From Candidatus Dadabacteria bacterium (GTDB lineage: Bacteria; Desulfobacterota_D; UBA1144; Nemesobacterales; CSP1-2): a DNA stretch of 64,000 nucleotides. Location: NCBI GenBank assembly GCA_963805855.1, contig CAWDVW010000007.1, forward strand, positions 288,001-352,000, read 5' to 3'. Shown here in pieces: positions 1-8,683 of this stretch. The translations under genes and the position numbers were made by a program. The notes beneath the pieces are model-generated. The model was not told where the DNA came from and did not search any database. It worked only from the letters and a program-made list of their open reading frames with translations. Positions within the stretch are counted from its first letter, which is position 1. Each line of letters starts with the position of its first letter.

Positions 1-49
1 GCGAAAACGTTAGCGATAAATAAATTAGAATTATAACAGCCTTATCTTC

Positions 50-550
50 TTAAATTAATCTGCTGTGTCTACTTATGCCGTAGAACCAATTTGTTGCTGT
101 ACTAAGGGGCATATCAATATCCAATGAAGATTTTATAGTTGCAGTTAATTTCCAAAGGCCTGGGATAAATATCTGATTACCTCTTCCTTCACTCAGAAAC
201 AGTGCGTATTCGCTTCTATTAGTTCCTTCAACTCTAAATAAAGGGTCACCCAAAAAAGGGATTTCATCAAACCACCAGAAATTATGCGTTGTTCTAAATC
301 GGTAAGTAAAAGTTCCGCTTGCTATAATTATTGGTCTGTACACAACTTCAAAAGCACCGCCGTCATCAACTGCCGCTCCATTGCCCCAAAAGTCCAAAGT
401 CCAGAAAATATTGTATGTTTCCCCTTCTGGAAACCCATCGATTGTTGTATGAATTGCGTTAAATTGTATACTGTCCCCTGGATAGAAATAATTTTTTCTC
501 GTATTTGAACCTTTTGGACTCGTATAAATATCGATTACACTTGGTCGCAT
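50..550 (-). CDS. hypothetical protein (166 aa)
   Basis: ATG-started ORF directly downstream of 580-777 on the same strand; no recognisable family. Confidence 0.6.
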   Translation of the reverse strand: MRPSVIDIYTSPKGSNTRKNYFYPGDSIQFNAIHTTIDGFPEGETYNIFWTLDFWGNGAAVDDGGAFEVVYRPIIIASGTFTYRFRTTHNFWWFDEIPFLGDPLFRVEGTNRSEYALFLSEGRGNQIFIPGLWKLTATIKSSLDIDMPLSTATNWFYGISRHSRLI

Positions 551-579
551 TTCTATTCACATCCTCAATCTAATCCTGA

Positions 580-777
580 TTATTTTTTCTTGCCTAATGG
601 CTTCCACACTCGAGTCCTTCGAGAATCATGTTCAATTATTTCGGATAGGAGTTTCTTATCACAGATTTCTACTTCTTCTTGACCAAAACCTGAATTAGGA
701 TTGTTTTTGCAGAACTCACTTAAGTCAATAACTTCTTTTAATAGGAATCCTGGCTGCTTATTTTTTTTCTCCTTCAT
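580..777 (-). CDS. small hypothetical protein (65 aa)
   Basis: Strong RBS AGGAGGAG (minus strand, ~790-797) upstream of ATG. Confidence 0.55.
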   Translation of the reverse strand: MKEKKNKQPGFLLKEVIDLSEFCKNNPNSGFGQEEVEICDKKLLSEIIEHDSRRTRVWKPLGKKK

Positions 778-977
778 CTATTATTTTATCTCCTCCTAGG
801 ATGTAGTCTTAGTATTGTCCAGTATAAATCAGGCAATAGTTAAAAGTCAATGCACGTGATTTTCTGAGGTTAGGGTGCCTAAGACACGAATTTATTAGGT
901 ATGAGCAAAACGGCAAATACGCTATCTTTGGCCAAAGATTAACTAGTAGTGAAAACCCTTGTGATGTTGTCTGTCAG

Positions 978-1160
978 GTGAGACATTACCAAGTACAACT
1001 AGGCTCACCGCTGAAGAAATTAATTATCACATTAGTCGTTGCTATTTCACTCGCTATGGGAGGTATTGTTTATAACGCTTCCGCTTGCGGTGGCAAGGAT
1101 AAAGGAGCTACCACGGAAGATACAGGTACCGTTGGCTCGGGCGACCAAGCTGAATCCTGA
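978..1160 (+). CDS. small secreted protein; natural N-terminus probably at 1011 (CTG-KKLII...)
   Basis: KKLIITLVVAISLAMGGIVYNASA resembles a signal peptide; followed by a terminator hairpin. Confidence 0.5.
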   Translation: MRHYQVQLGSPLKKLIITLVVAISLAMGGIVYNASACGGKDKGATTEDTGTVGSGDQAES

Positions 1161-1201
1161 TAAGTGCGTGTACTGAATCAAAAGCAATCCATTCTATTAA
1201 T

Positions 1202-1235
1202 AAAAGCCCTAGATTTTGTGATGCTAGGGCTTTTT
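1202..1235. terminator. intrinsic, probably bidirectional terminator
   Basis: AAAAGCCCTAG...CTAGGGCTTTTT inverted repeat with A and T tracts. Confidence 0.7.
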
Positions 1236-1494
1236 AGTATTTAGCTATAATAGCCACGATTTCACCAATCAGGGGGTGTGAGATGAGCTAGGAATCTGTC
1301 TATTCCCTGAAGACATAATACCACTTTCCGCACTAAAGTATGGGTGCTAAGCCATAGAAAACCCCAGTAAGCGCACAATTTCTAGGGATTTTTGTAAGAG
1401 GATTTGGGGAACAGCCAGTTGATTTTCGACCCCTCTTAGTTCAAAATCTACTTACAAGGAAGTAGTGAGAAGAGAGAAATAAAGTAAAGGCGTA

Positions 1495-1908
1495 ATGAGA
1501 CATAATTTAACTAAAGCAATTGCTTCGGCTGTAACTTTAATCCTGATATTTGCTTTTCTTGTAAGTTGTGACGATGACGATGGGGAATGTAATTTTGACT
1601 TTGACGATATTCTAAACGGCTCTACGAGACCATCACAGACATCCGAATGGGATTGCGTAGGAGATGGGGAGGTATTTTCTGTTGCTTTCTTTGAGAACGA
1701 AACAGGGTTTGACAGTGATTTGGGGGTCTTTACATGGGAGAAGAACGGTTGTAGGAGTCTAGTCTTCTTTTCAGGTTTTGGCGTGGGAGAAATATTTGAC
1801 CTCCAAGGTTCAATTGATTCAGGCATTATCAGTTTTGCTCAGACTATAGATAGAGATTTTTTTGATGTCGCATGTGAGTTGGATACAACTCCAGAAGATA
1901 CAATCTGA
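1495..1908 (+). CDS. putative acidic lipoprotein
   Basis: Hydrophobic signal followed by lipobox LVSC; D-rich mature N-terminus. Confidence 0.7.
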   Translation: MRHNLTKAIASAVTLILIFAFLVSCDDDDGECNFDFDDILNGSTRPSQTSEWDCVGDGEVFSVAFFENETGFDSDLGVFTWEKNGCRSLVFFSGFGVGEIFDLQGSIDSGIISFAQTIDRDFFDVACELDTTPEDTI

Positions 1909-2055
1909 GCCTTCTATATAAGTTCGAGCAATAATCAATAACCTATCTGTTAAGTTTGCAATAAAAGCATACCCTCATATTAGTGATTGGTAATCAAAAA
2001 GCTATCTGAAAATGCCTGTCACGTGAAGTATTGGCAACTACAACCATGCTCACAC

Positions 2056-2513
2056 CTAGAGAATAAGTTTGGGCTTCTCGGCGTTACTAAAGCTTCCTGA
2101 AGTATCCTTCCCTACAGGAACAGCCCCTAGAACTTGGACATATTTTGTTTGGTAACTCTCTGCTCCCAAGCCAATAGGCATTCCGCCTTTTAGATAGGTG
2201 TTCTTACTATGAGGAGGAATTGTGATGGGAAGGACAGCAGTGGTACTGCTTACTTGTTGGCCAGCGTTCTTATATGAAGTGGAGTAGTAGTTGAGTTTTA
2301 TTACAATGTCTTTATAAGCTATGTCTGCTGTATTCTCAATCGTAACATTACTTATCATAGCTACCCGCAAGCAACAAAATAAGACCAGTCAGTAACTTTA
2401 ATGTACCACTCGGGATGTTGTTTCATTGAAATGGTGGGGGCTGATTCTTGAGCTTTGGCAAGCGGAGAAAATAGGACTAGTAAGATAAATAATTGCGTGA
2501 CTATGTATTTCAT
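2056..2513 (-). pseudogene. secreted protein split by a frameshift near 2365
   Basis: MKYIVTQLFILLVLFSPLAKA signal peptide (ATG 2513) in one frame; beta-rich continuation RVAMISNVTIENTADIAYKDI in the adjacent frame. Confidence 0.6.
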
Positions 2514-2711
2514 ATTTGCGTTCTCAAATCTGATATACTTATGATTAGTATTATACACTAGCCCAGACAACGTCTTTAATGCTTATCGACTTTATTCTTT
2601 CTAACTCCATTAGATTTTTGAATGATTTAGTATTATATTTCGACAAAGCTTTTAGTGGGGAGAGGCATATGGAAGCTTACAATTTAAGATTTGAAAAGTA
2701 TAATTTTGTTT

Positions 2712-3056
2712 ATGTATACCATCAACCGCTCAATCGCAATAATAAAACCAAGGCAACCGTTTGTTGATTGGGCAAATCAATTGCCCGATGCCGATTGGAA
2801 AGTCTCTTTGGAAAATTTCAAGACTGATTGTCTCGCCATCTTAATACCTGAGTATGATACAGATGAAGAGGCTAGAGGATACATTAATGAGATATATGAA
2901 GATATTTTTATCGAAGAACTTTTCGGATGGTGTACTGAAGAGTCATGGTTTCCACAGGATAGGACTGATGAAATGTTCTGGCGATGGTTTGAGGTAGAGT
3001 TGCATTCAATTGTTATGGATACATCTACGGAACCAATATATAAAGAGGAATTGTAA
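2712..3056 (+). CDS. conserved hypothetical protein
   Basis: MYTINRSIAIIKPRQPFVDW...IFIEELFGWCTEESWFPQDRT...FWRWFEVE resembles a widespread uncharacterised family; ATG 2712 preferred over TTG 2691. Confidence 0.7.
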   Translation: MYTINRSIAIIKPRQPFVDWANQLPDADWKVSLENFKTDCLAILIPEYDTDEEARGYINEIYEDIFIEELFGWCTEESWFPQDRTDEMFWRWFEVELHSIVMDTSTEPIYKEEL

Positions 3057-3176
3057 ACATCATTTTGGAGTGTCCCCCTTTTGTCGAGTTCGGTTTAAAG
3101 TGGATTATAAAGAATCTAGCCAAGTCGATTCGAGATGATGGCAAACTCTAATGTGTATTAAACAACCCTCGCCGAA

Positions 3177-3374
3177 TTATTTCTTCTCTTCCAATATAAA
3201 TGCCACAGTCTGGAGTTTTATTTTCCCGATCTCAAAAATGAACGTGTCACTTGCGAAGGGGATTTTCTACCCATCTGATTCCGCATTCCAGAAAAGATAG
3301 GCGATATTGCCTTCCACCACCTTCTCTACGAGCTCAAAGTCTGAGCCCTGAGGGAGTATATTTTGGGTCAGTAA
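3177..3374 (-). pseudogene. SnoaL/NTF2-like protein, C-terminal remnant
   Basis: Manual translation QGSDFELVEKVVEGNIAYLFWNAESDG*KIPFASDTFIFEIGKIKLQTVAF; internal TAG at 3267-3269; no start codon. Confidence 0.55.
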
Positions 3375-3468
3375 CTAGTTATTCAAAACACAGCGGCGAA
3401 GAGGAGCAAAAACAAAAATAATTCATTTATTCATGCCTGACCCCGGAGTTTATTTTCCTGTGATCATT

Positions 3469-3933
3469 TTACACAGAAAATCCAACTCTTCCGTAACAGC
3501 TATTACCAAATCTGTCTTTGTGAGGATTTAGCTTGGTAGTATACTTCTTTCTCCTAAACCTCTTTCCGCAATATCTGCATTCTATTTGATAGTCGCTTAT
3601 AGAATCCCTAAATGTAGTTCCTCTACGTCTTCGTTGACTCTCAAAACGAGAGACAGTTTCAGATCCCCCGGCTTTTGCTATCTCTACTCTGTAACGTGGG
3701 CTAAAGGACTGCTCCGTGTTTTCGATCTCTTGAACCTTTTCAGATACAAATAATTTCAATCCTGCTCCCGAAACCCCTCCAACTGTGTCATACGCATAAA
3801 GGTATTCCTTCGCTACACCATCTTTACGAACCTTGAAAACCAACTCATAAGGTTCAACTAATCGCTCAACACCACTGTATTTTAGTTTGAGAACTGTAAG
3901 TGAATCGGCAGCCTTGAGAATCGGATTTCTCAA
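3469..3933 (-). CDS. WYL-like domain plus C-terminal Zn finger; probably the C-terminal part of the upstream NTase
   Basis: YSGVERLVEPYEL...EYLYAYD...LKLFVSEKVQEIE..F.PR WYL-like pattern; CRYC...H...C. Confidence 0.7.
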   Translation of the reverse strand: MRNPILKAADSLTVLKLKYSGVERLVEPYELVFKVRKDGVAKEYLYAYDTVGGVSGAGLKLFVSEKVQEIENTEQSFSPRYRVEIAKAGGSETVSRFESQRRRRGTTFRDSISDYQIECRYCGKRFRRKKYTTKLNPHKDRFGNSCYGRVGFSV

Positions 3934-4817
3934 TGCAGAAGGGAAGAACCTTCGATTAAATTCACGTGTGGGATTTCTCCCGGTATCAACTCATCAACCA
4001 GTTTAAGAAAACTTGCTTTTGCTTTCTTGAAGTCAAAAAATGTTGATACCGGACATGAAATGTGTTTTGTCCAAAAGTGGCTCAGTGTCTCCAACGGTAA
4101 GTCGATAAAAAGTCCTTTCGCTACCGACGGATTGGAACCAAAGATCGTTATCCGAAAAAATGTTGATATCAAGGCCATTCTATCAATGTATAGGGCTGGC
4201 TCAACGATTGTAGCATATACTAGGTCGAAAAGGTCTCCGATGTGCTTTCTTTGCAATAGGCATCGCATTTTCGTAGCGTATATCTCTTCAAGCTGAACGC
4301 ACCGAATAGTAGAAGCACAATCGTCTGAATCTGAGTATGGATGAATGAGTTTTCTTTCTTGCACCGGAAGATACAAGCGGTCGAACTGTGTGACATCAAG
4401 CCGTACTCCTATAATAATTTCGCTCTCCGCTCCATAAAAATTTCTGAAATATAGTCGTGCTTCGGAAATATCCTTTTCTGAATCAGCAAGCTTTTTCTTA
4501 TCGACTCTTGTTTTAGATGTGTCAAAGTAAACTCCAGATCGCTTATGGATGCCTTCGCAAACAGTGTTTAGTTCCCTGCCTAATTCCTCGTGCGATATCC
4601 CTTGTGAAGTACTAAAATCTAAGTCTCTTGAGTATCGAGAGTTTTCAAAGTAGGCTTTGCGAAGAGCATTGCATCCTTTTAGAACCACCCTGTTCGCAAG
4701 ATTGCTCGATTGATAGAGTAGAGATAGCAACCAGCCATGTACGTAATCTCTTTGTACATGAGATGGATGGACGCGTAACATCCCCGCCATCCTATCGATT
4801 TCAGATTGATTAATCAT
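3930..4817 (-). CDS. AbiEii/AbiGii-family nucleotidyltransferase
   Basis: VQRDYVHGWLL, VLKGCNALRKAYF, RYSRDLDFS, EIYATKMRCLLQR, DLFDL motifs. Confidence 0.85.
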   Translation of the reverse strand: MINQSEIDRMAGMLRVHPSHVQRDYVHGWLLSLLYQSSNLANRVVLKGCNALRKAYFENSRYSRDLDFSTSQGISHEELGRELNTVCEGIHKRSGVYFDTSKTRVDKKKLADSEKDISEARLYFRNFYGAESEIIIGVRLDVTQFDRLYLPVQERKLIHPYSDSDDCASTIRCVQLEEIYATKMRCLLQRKHIGDLFDLVYATIVEPALYIDRMALISTFFRITIFGSNPSVAKGLFIDLPLETLSHFWTKHISCPVSTFFDFKKAKASFLKLVDELIPGEIPHVNLIEGSSLLH

Positions 4818-5033
4818 CCAATGATTTTAAATAACTAAGCTACCTAATGATACGGAAATATTTATTACAACAAGCCGTAAGTAACCTATAAAAACTATTT
4901 TTATTCTACCCAAATCAAGTAACATTTCAGAAATAGTCACATTTAATAAATTCTACAGTACCAGAGACATTTCTTTTACAACTGATAGACATTTGGGTAA
5001 AGCTTGCAACTTCTTTTCTAAAAAATTCTCGGG

Positions 5034-5057
5034 TTAAAGGGGACGCAACCCTTTAAG
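5034..5057 (+). repeat. left 24-bp REP-like terminal repeat
   Basis: TTAAAGGGGACGCAACCCTTTAAG; exact reverse complement of 5767-5790 and itself a hairpin. Confidence 0.9.
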
Positions 5058-5766
5058 CGACCTTGGTTTTCGCCCTTTGGCGTCCTTGCGGTCTGTATCG
5101 TAATATTCGCCCTGCCATCCTCTCTAATTTCTGAATAAAATCATCCGTACCACAGGGCAATCCTTTCTTTATGTTTCTCCTCAATACTTCCACTTTCTGT
5201 AAATCATCACCCTCAGTTAACCAGCTACTCCAGTTCTCAATCCCACTCAAACTCCTCTAACCACCTCGAACTCTGGCTAATATACTTATCTTCCTTTAAC
5301 TTACAATGACCTGCCGCACTTGACCATTTGTAGTCCTGAGCGCTTCTAACGATTCCCGCTCTCACGGGATTGCGCTCGACGTAACGGACTGCTGTCCAGG
5401 TATACGATTCATCCAGCGGACTTGAGAAAAAACGCCCTTGCCATAAGATGTCCATCCCATCCGCGCTCGCGATTAATTCTCTGCGCATATCTCATATGAA
5501 GTGGTCTTAAGACCCTATGTAGACTTTCTTCTTTCAACGGAACCGCGACTAAGTGTACATGATTGGTCATTAGACAATAGGCTAGGATTTCAATTTTATG
5601 CTTGTCACCGTACTCTTTAAGCCAAGCGAGATAGCAGATGCGATCCTCGTCATTAAAAAAGACAGTCTCACGCCTGTTTCCGCGTTGAGTGATATGGTGT
5701 GGTAAGTCAGCAAATACGGTTCTTGCAACCCTAGGCATTTACATAAAGTTTAGCACCATAAATACC

Positions 5767-5790
5767 CTTAAAGGGTTGCGTCCCCTTTAA
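5767..5790 (-). repeat. right 24-bp REP-like terminal repeat
   Basis: CTTAAAGGGTTGCGTCCCCTTTAA. Confidence 0.9.
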
Positions 5791-5842
5791 ACCTAGCATA
5801 TCAGAACAAGTGAAACGTATTTCCTTTTTGAAAACTGACTGA

Positions 5843-5872
5843 TTGACAAGCAATACAAATTTATGATAGAGT
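5843..5872 (+). promoter_or_regulatory. possible sigma70 promoter
   Basis: TTGACA at 5843, 18-bp spacer, TGnTAGAGT extended -10. Confidence 0.35.
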
Positions 5873-6208
5873 AAGGGTTAGAGAGGAAGGGGTGGGTAAT
5901 AGGGGAATGTGCCGGGTGAGACGAAAGATTAAGTACCGAAGTTTGGTAACTTTCCAAGACAAAACACCTACTGCTGGGCCAGCCCTTCTATATCCCATAA
6001 GGCTCAAATTATATTTCGAAATTGACCTATCAAATATACTGAAACGTAGGGTGATATCCTATGATTGTATCAAATCCAATTTTATAGAGAATGGTCTTCA
6101 AGTTAAGGGTGTCATAGCCAGAAACACTAATTTGAAAGTAGAGAACATAGACGCACGTTTCCGGCAGGTACCTTCATTTTGACGATTACTAAACAATAGG
6201 AGGAAATT

Positions 6209-7130
6209 ATGAAATATATTTTAATACTTATAAGCGCATTGTTTGTATTTATGATTTTCACTAAAAATTCTTATAGTCAATGTGCGAGTGATGCCGATTG
6301 TGATGATGGCGCTTTTTGTGATGGAATGGAGTTATGCCTTTTAAACATTTGTAGTCCAGGTACCGATCCCGTCTTCCTGGACAAGTCTGTAATGGAGTTA
6401 TGCCTTTTAAACATTTGTAGTCCAGGTACCGATCCCTGTCTTCCTGGACAAGTCTGTGACGATGTAGCTGATATATGTTTTACTCCTTGTCATGATAACG
6501 ATGGTGATGGATTTGAGGATTCGGCCTGCGGAGGTGTCGACTGTGACGATAGTGATGGTGATAGATTTCCTGGGAACCCTGAAGTTTGCGACCCAGAAGA
6601 TCATGATGAAGATTGTGATCCTTCGACATTTGGGGAGAGAGACACTGATGGTGATGGCTTTTTTGATGCAACATGTTGTAATGATGATGGTACCGGTGCT
6701 ACTAATTGTGGTAATGATTGCGATGACTCAAGGGCTAGCACACATCCAATAGCAAATGATGTATGTAATGGTTTAGATGATGATTGTGATGGTAATATAG
6801 ATGATGAGACAACCGTTAGTCAGTATGTCGATTCAGACATGGACGGCTACGGTGATCCTAGTTCACTACCACAATTTATATGTCCAGACACAGCGGGATA
6901 CTCACCTCTTGATAATGACTGTGATGATACAAACCCGGCGATAACGCCCTGGCACTTTTATATGTCATCCAAATGAGAATGGACAAGGCGGACCTTTTGG
7001 TAATAATGGTGTTTTGAAATGTAATTCAGAAGGAATATTTGAACCATCTGTGTGTCCCGAGGAAAAAAGTGTTTGTGTTACGCAACCTAATAGTACTGGA
7101 GTTTGTCAAGTTAAGAATATAAATAATTAG
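6209..7130 (+). CDS. secreted Cys/Asp-rich protein with putative metal-binding repeats (DCDD...PG..EVCD type); frameshift near 6950
   Basis: RBS AGGAGG; signal peptide; repeated DxDGDG and DCDD motifs; Cys-rich reading continues in another frame (GTFICHPNENG...VCQVKNINN*) to TAG 7128-7130. Confidence 0.75.
6325..6457 (+). repeat. intragenic tandem duplication (66 + 67 bp)
   Basis: 6325-6390 and 6391-6457 identical except for one T missing from copy 1. Confidence 0.9.
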
Positions 7131-7142
7131 AAATAAATTAAA

Positions 7143-7162
7143 GGGGAGATTAATTTCTCCCC
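7143..7162 (+). terminator. stem-loop after the Cys-rich gene
   Basis: GGGGAGA-TTAATT-TCTCCCC. Confidence 0.55.
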
Positions 7163-7417
7163 CATTAAAACGAAAACCCCTTTACAGGGTCAATGCCCAA
7201 AATCCCCACAGCAATGACCTCATGTATACCCTTTCCAATGTCTGTGTGAACAATGAGACACTAGTACAATAACACCGCACTGGCTGTGGTCTGTGCATTG
7301 GTTTACATTGTCAGTGTCATAGGGCTATGTTACAAAGGTAAAAAAAGCACTGACATTGTGATCAGTGCTTGGTGGCTAATGTGTGTCATTAATTACTCTT
7401 TAATACAATCAGCCAAC

Positions 7418-7546
7418 TCAGAAATGAGTTGAGCGGAAATCCCAGACATCTGATGAAGCAGGGTACTTTGACCTTTTGAGGCAGAGCCAACGATATGCGT
7501 CTTTAAAGAGATGATCCAGGCGGGAGTTTGAAATGATGTTACTCAT
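7418..7546 (-). pseudogene. N-terminal remnant resembling a bacterial reverse transcriptase family
   Basis: MSNIISNSRLDHLFKDAYRWLCLKRSKYPASSDVWDFRSTHF*; AYxWLCxxRxxxPxxxDVWxxR pattern recalled from RT N-termini. Confidence 0.45.
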
Positions 7547-7900
7547 CAGGGTTAGTCTGTTGGTTGTGAGTGCGTCTTGAGGGAGATTTGGCAGTCATGT
7601 CGATGTGGTGGCTATAGAGAGAGCCGTGTAAAAAATCCAAAGGTGTTACTAATCCTATAAATCCTCTGTAGCTGTCAGTACATAATGAGCTTCCAAACTC
7701 TGAAACTAGATGCCCTGTTTCAACTAGATTGCTGTAGAAATAAATTATCTCTTTTTTCAAAAGATGTAAATGTATGTCTTAAATCATGGAATCTGCAATA
7801 TTCTATACCAGTTGTTTTAAGGCATTATCACTATAAAAATTGCAATTTCAGGTGGTTAGGATATGTCATTTTTTGTACGAAATATTTCCAGAAAAAGCCC

Positions 7901-7953
7901 TGAGGGGCAGTGCCCGAAAGGGCGTGCGGGTTCGACTCCCGCCTTCGGCACCA
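7901..7953 (+). other. 3' half of tRNA-Leu (probable att duplication at island end)
   Basis: Anticodon-loop remnant TGAGG, long variable arm GCCC-GAAA-GGGC, T-arm GCGGG-TTCGACT-CCCGC, acceptor 3' strand CTTCGGC-A-CCA; no 5' half or D-arm upstream. Confidence 0.85.
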
Positions 7954-8335
7954 TTTGGATATTATCCGTGTCACTGAGATTGTAATGAGCTGTATGTTTC
8001 GACATTTTGGTCGTAGGTCGTCTTATAAGTTTTCACATCTGGATTCATCTTCGGGATTTTTTTTAAGGCAATTCTCATAATCCCTCCTCGATTTTTCCAC
8101 ACTTTCTCGTGCATCGAGTAACTTCTGTCTTCTTTGTGACGAATCCAATGGTTTATCAACAAGCATCTCCTTACCTGTAGGATCCGTAATATCCACAACC
8201 TGCGAGAGGGATAATGATGATCGAGATCACAATTAATACTAGCCTTATCAATTGATTACTCCTGTTATGCTCGTAGTCTATATATACTAAATTCAGATCC
8301 TTTTCCAGCAAACGATTATTATTACTTTGCTTGAT

Positions 8336-8683
8336 TTATTTACGTTTTATCGGAAGATTCTTCGAATCGCGGTACCGGAATTCTGAACCAAATCTTTTTA
8401 TCATATCCGCAATCTCTTTGTTGTTTGTTGCTCGTAGATAGGTCTCGGCCAATCCGATAATTGTTTGGAAGTAATGAATATTAATCTCTTCTACGGTCAT
8501 TTCTTTGGTCCAGAGATCGATGCTTAAACTATTTTTTCTTTCGTGGTCCCAGATCGATACAAGCATCGCGCTGCAAGCTTTTGGCCCCTCTATATCAGAA
8601 TCCGTTGCATCCCAGTGAATTGACTCAGGGATGTTTTCTTCGTCTAACCGGACCTTGAATATTATCTCAGCTTCTTTTGACAT
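8336..8683 (-). CDS. gldC: GldC-like protein
   Basis: SKEAEIIFKVRLDEENIPESIHW.A.D...AMLVSIWD...LSIDLWTKEMTVEE...FQT...LAETY.RAT resembles the Bacteroidota GldC family; ATG 8683. Confidence 0.75.
   Translation of the reverse strand: MSKEAEIIFKVRLDEENIPESIHWDATDSDIEGPKACSAMLVSIWDHERKNSLSIDLWTKEMTVEEINIHYFQTIIGLAETYLRATNNKEIADMIKRFGSEFRYRDSKNLPIKRK

Larger units (their letters stand above)
5034..5790 (-). mobile_element. REP-associated Y1 (HUH) tyrosine transposase element; transposase 5053-5738 broken by two frameshifts
   Basis: MPRVAR..HHITQRGNRR..YCLMTNHVHL..WQGRFFS..YVERNPVRAG..YKWSS motifs spread over three frames; perfect 24-bp inverted repeats at both ends. Confidence 0.85.

Noticed and set aside
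5892-6182. 96-aa GTG-start ORF
   Set aside because: No recognisable motif; may be leader or decayed sequence; evidence insufficient.
1-7900. Integron with attC cassettes, or a prophage
   Set aside because: No integrase, no convincing RYYYAAC...GTTRRRY sites, mixed gene orientation and no phage structural genes.
7901-7953. Functional tRNA-Leu
   Set aside because: No 5' acceptor strand or D-arm upstream.
7971-8078. 35-aa minus-strand ORF with a GAGGAGG RBS
   Set aside because: Too short and featureless to support; cannot be excluded.
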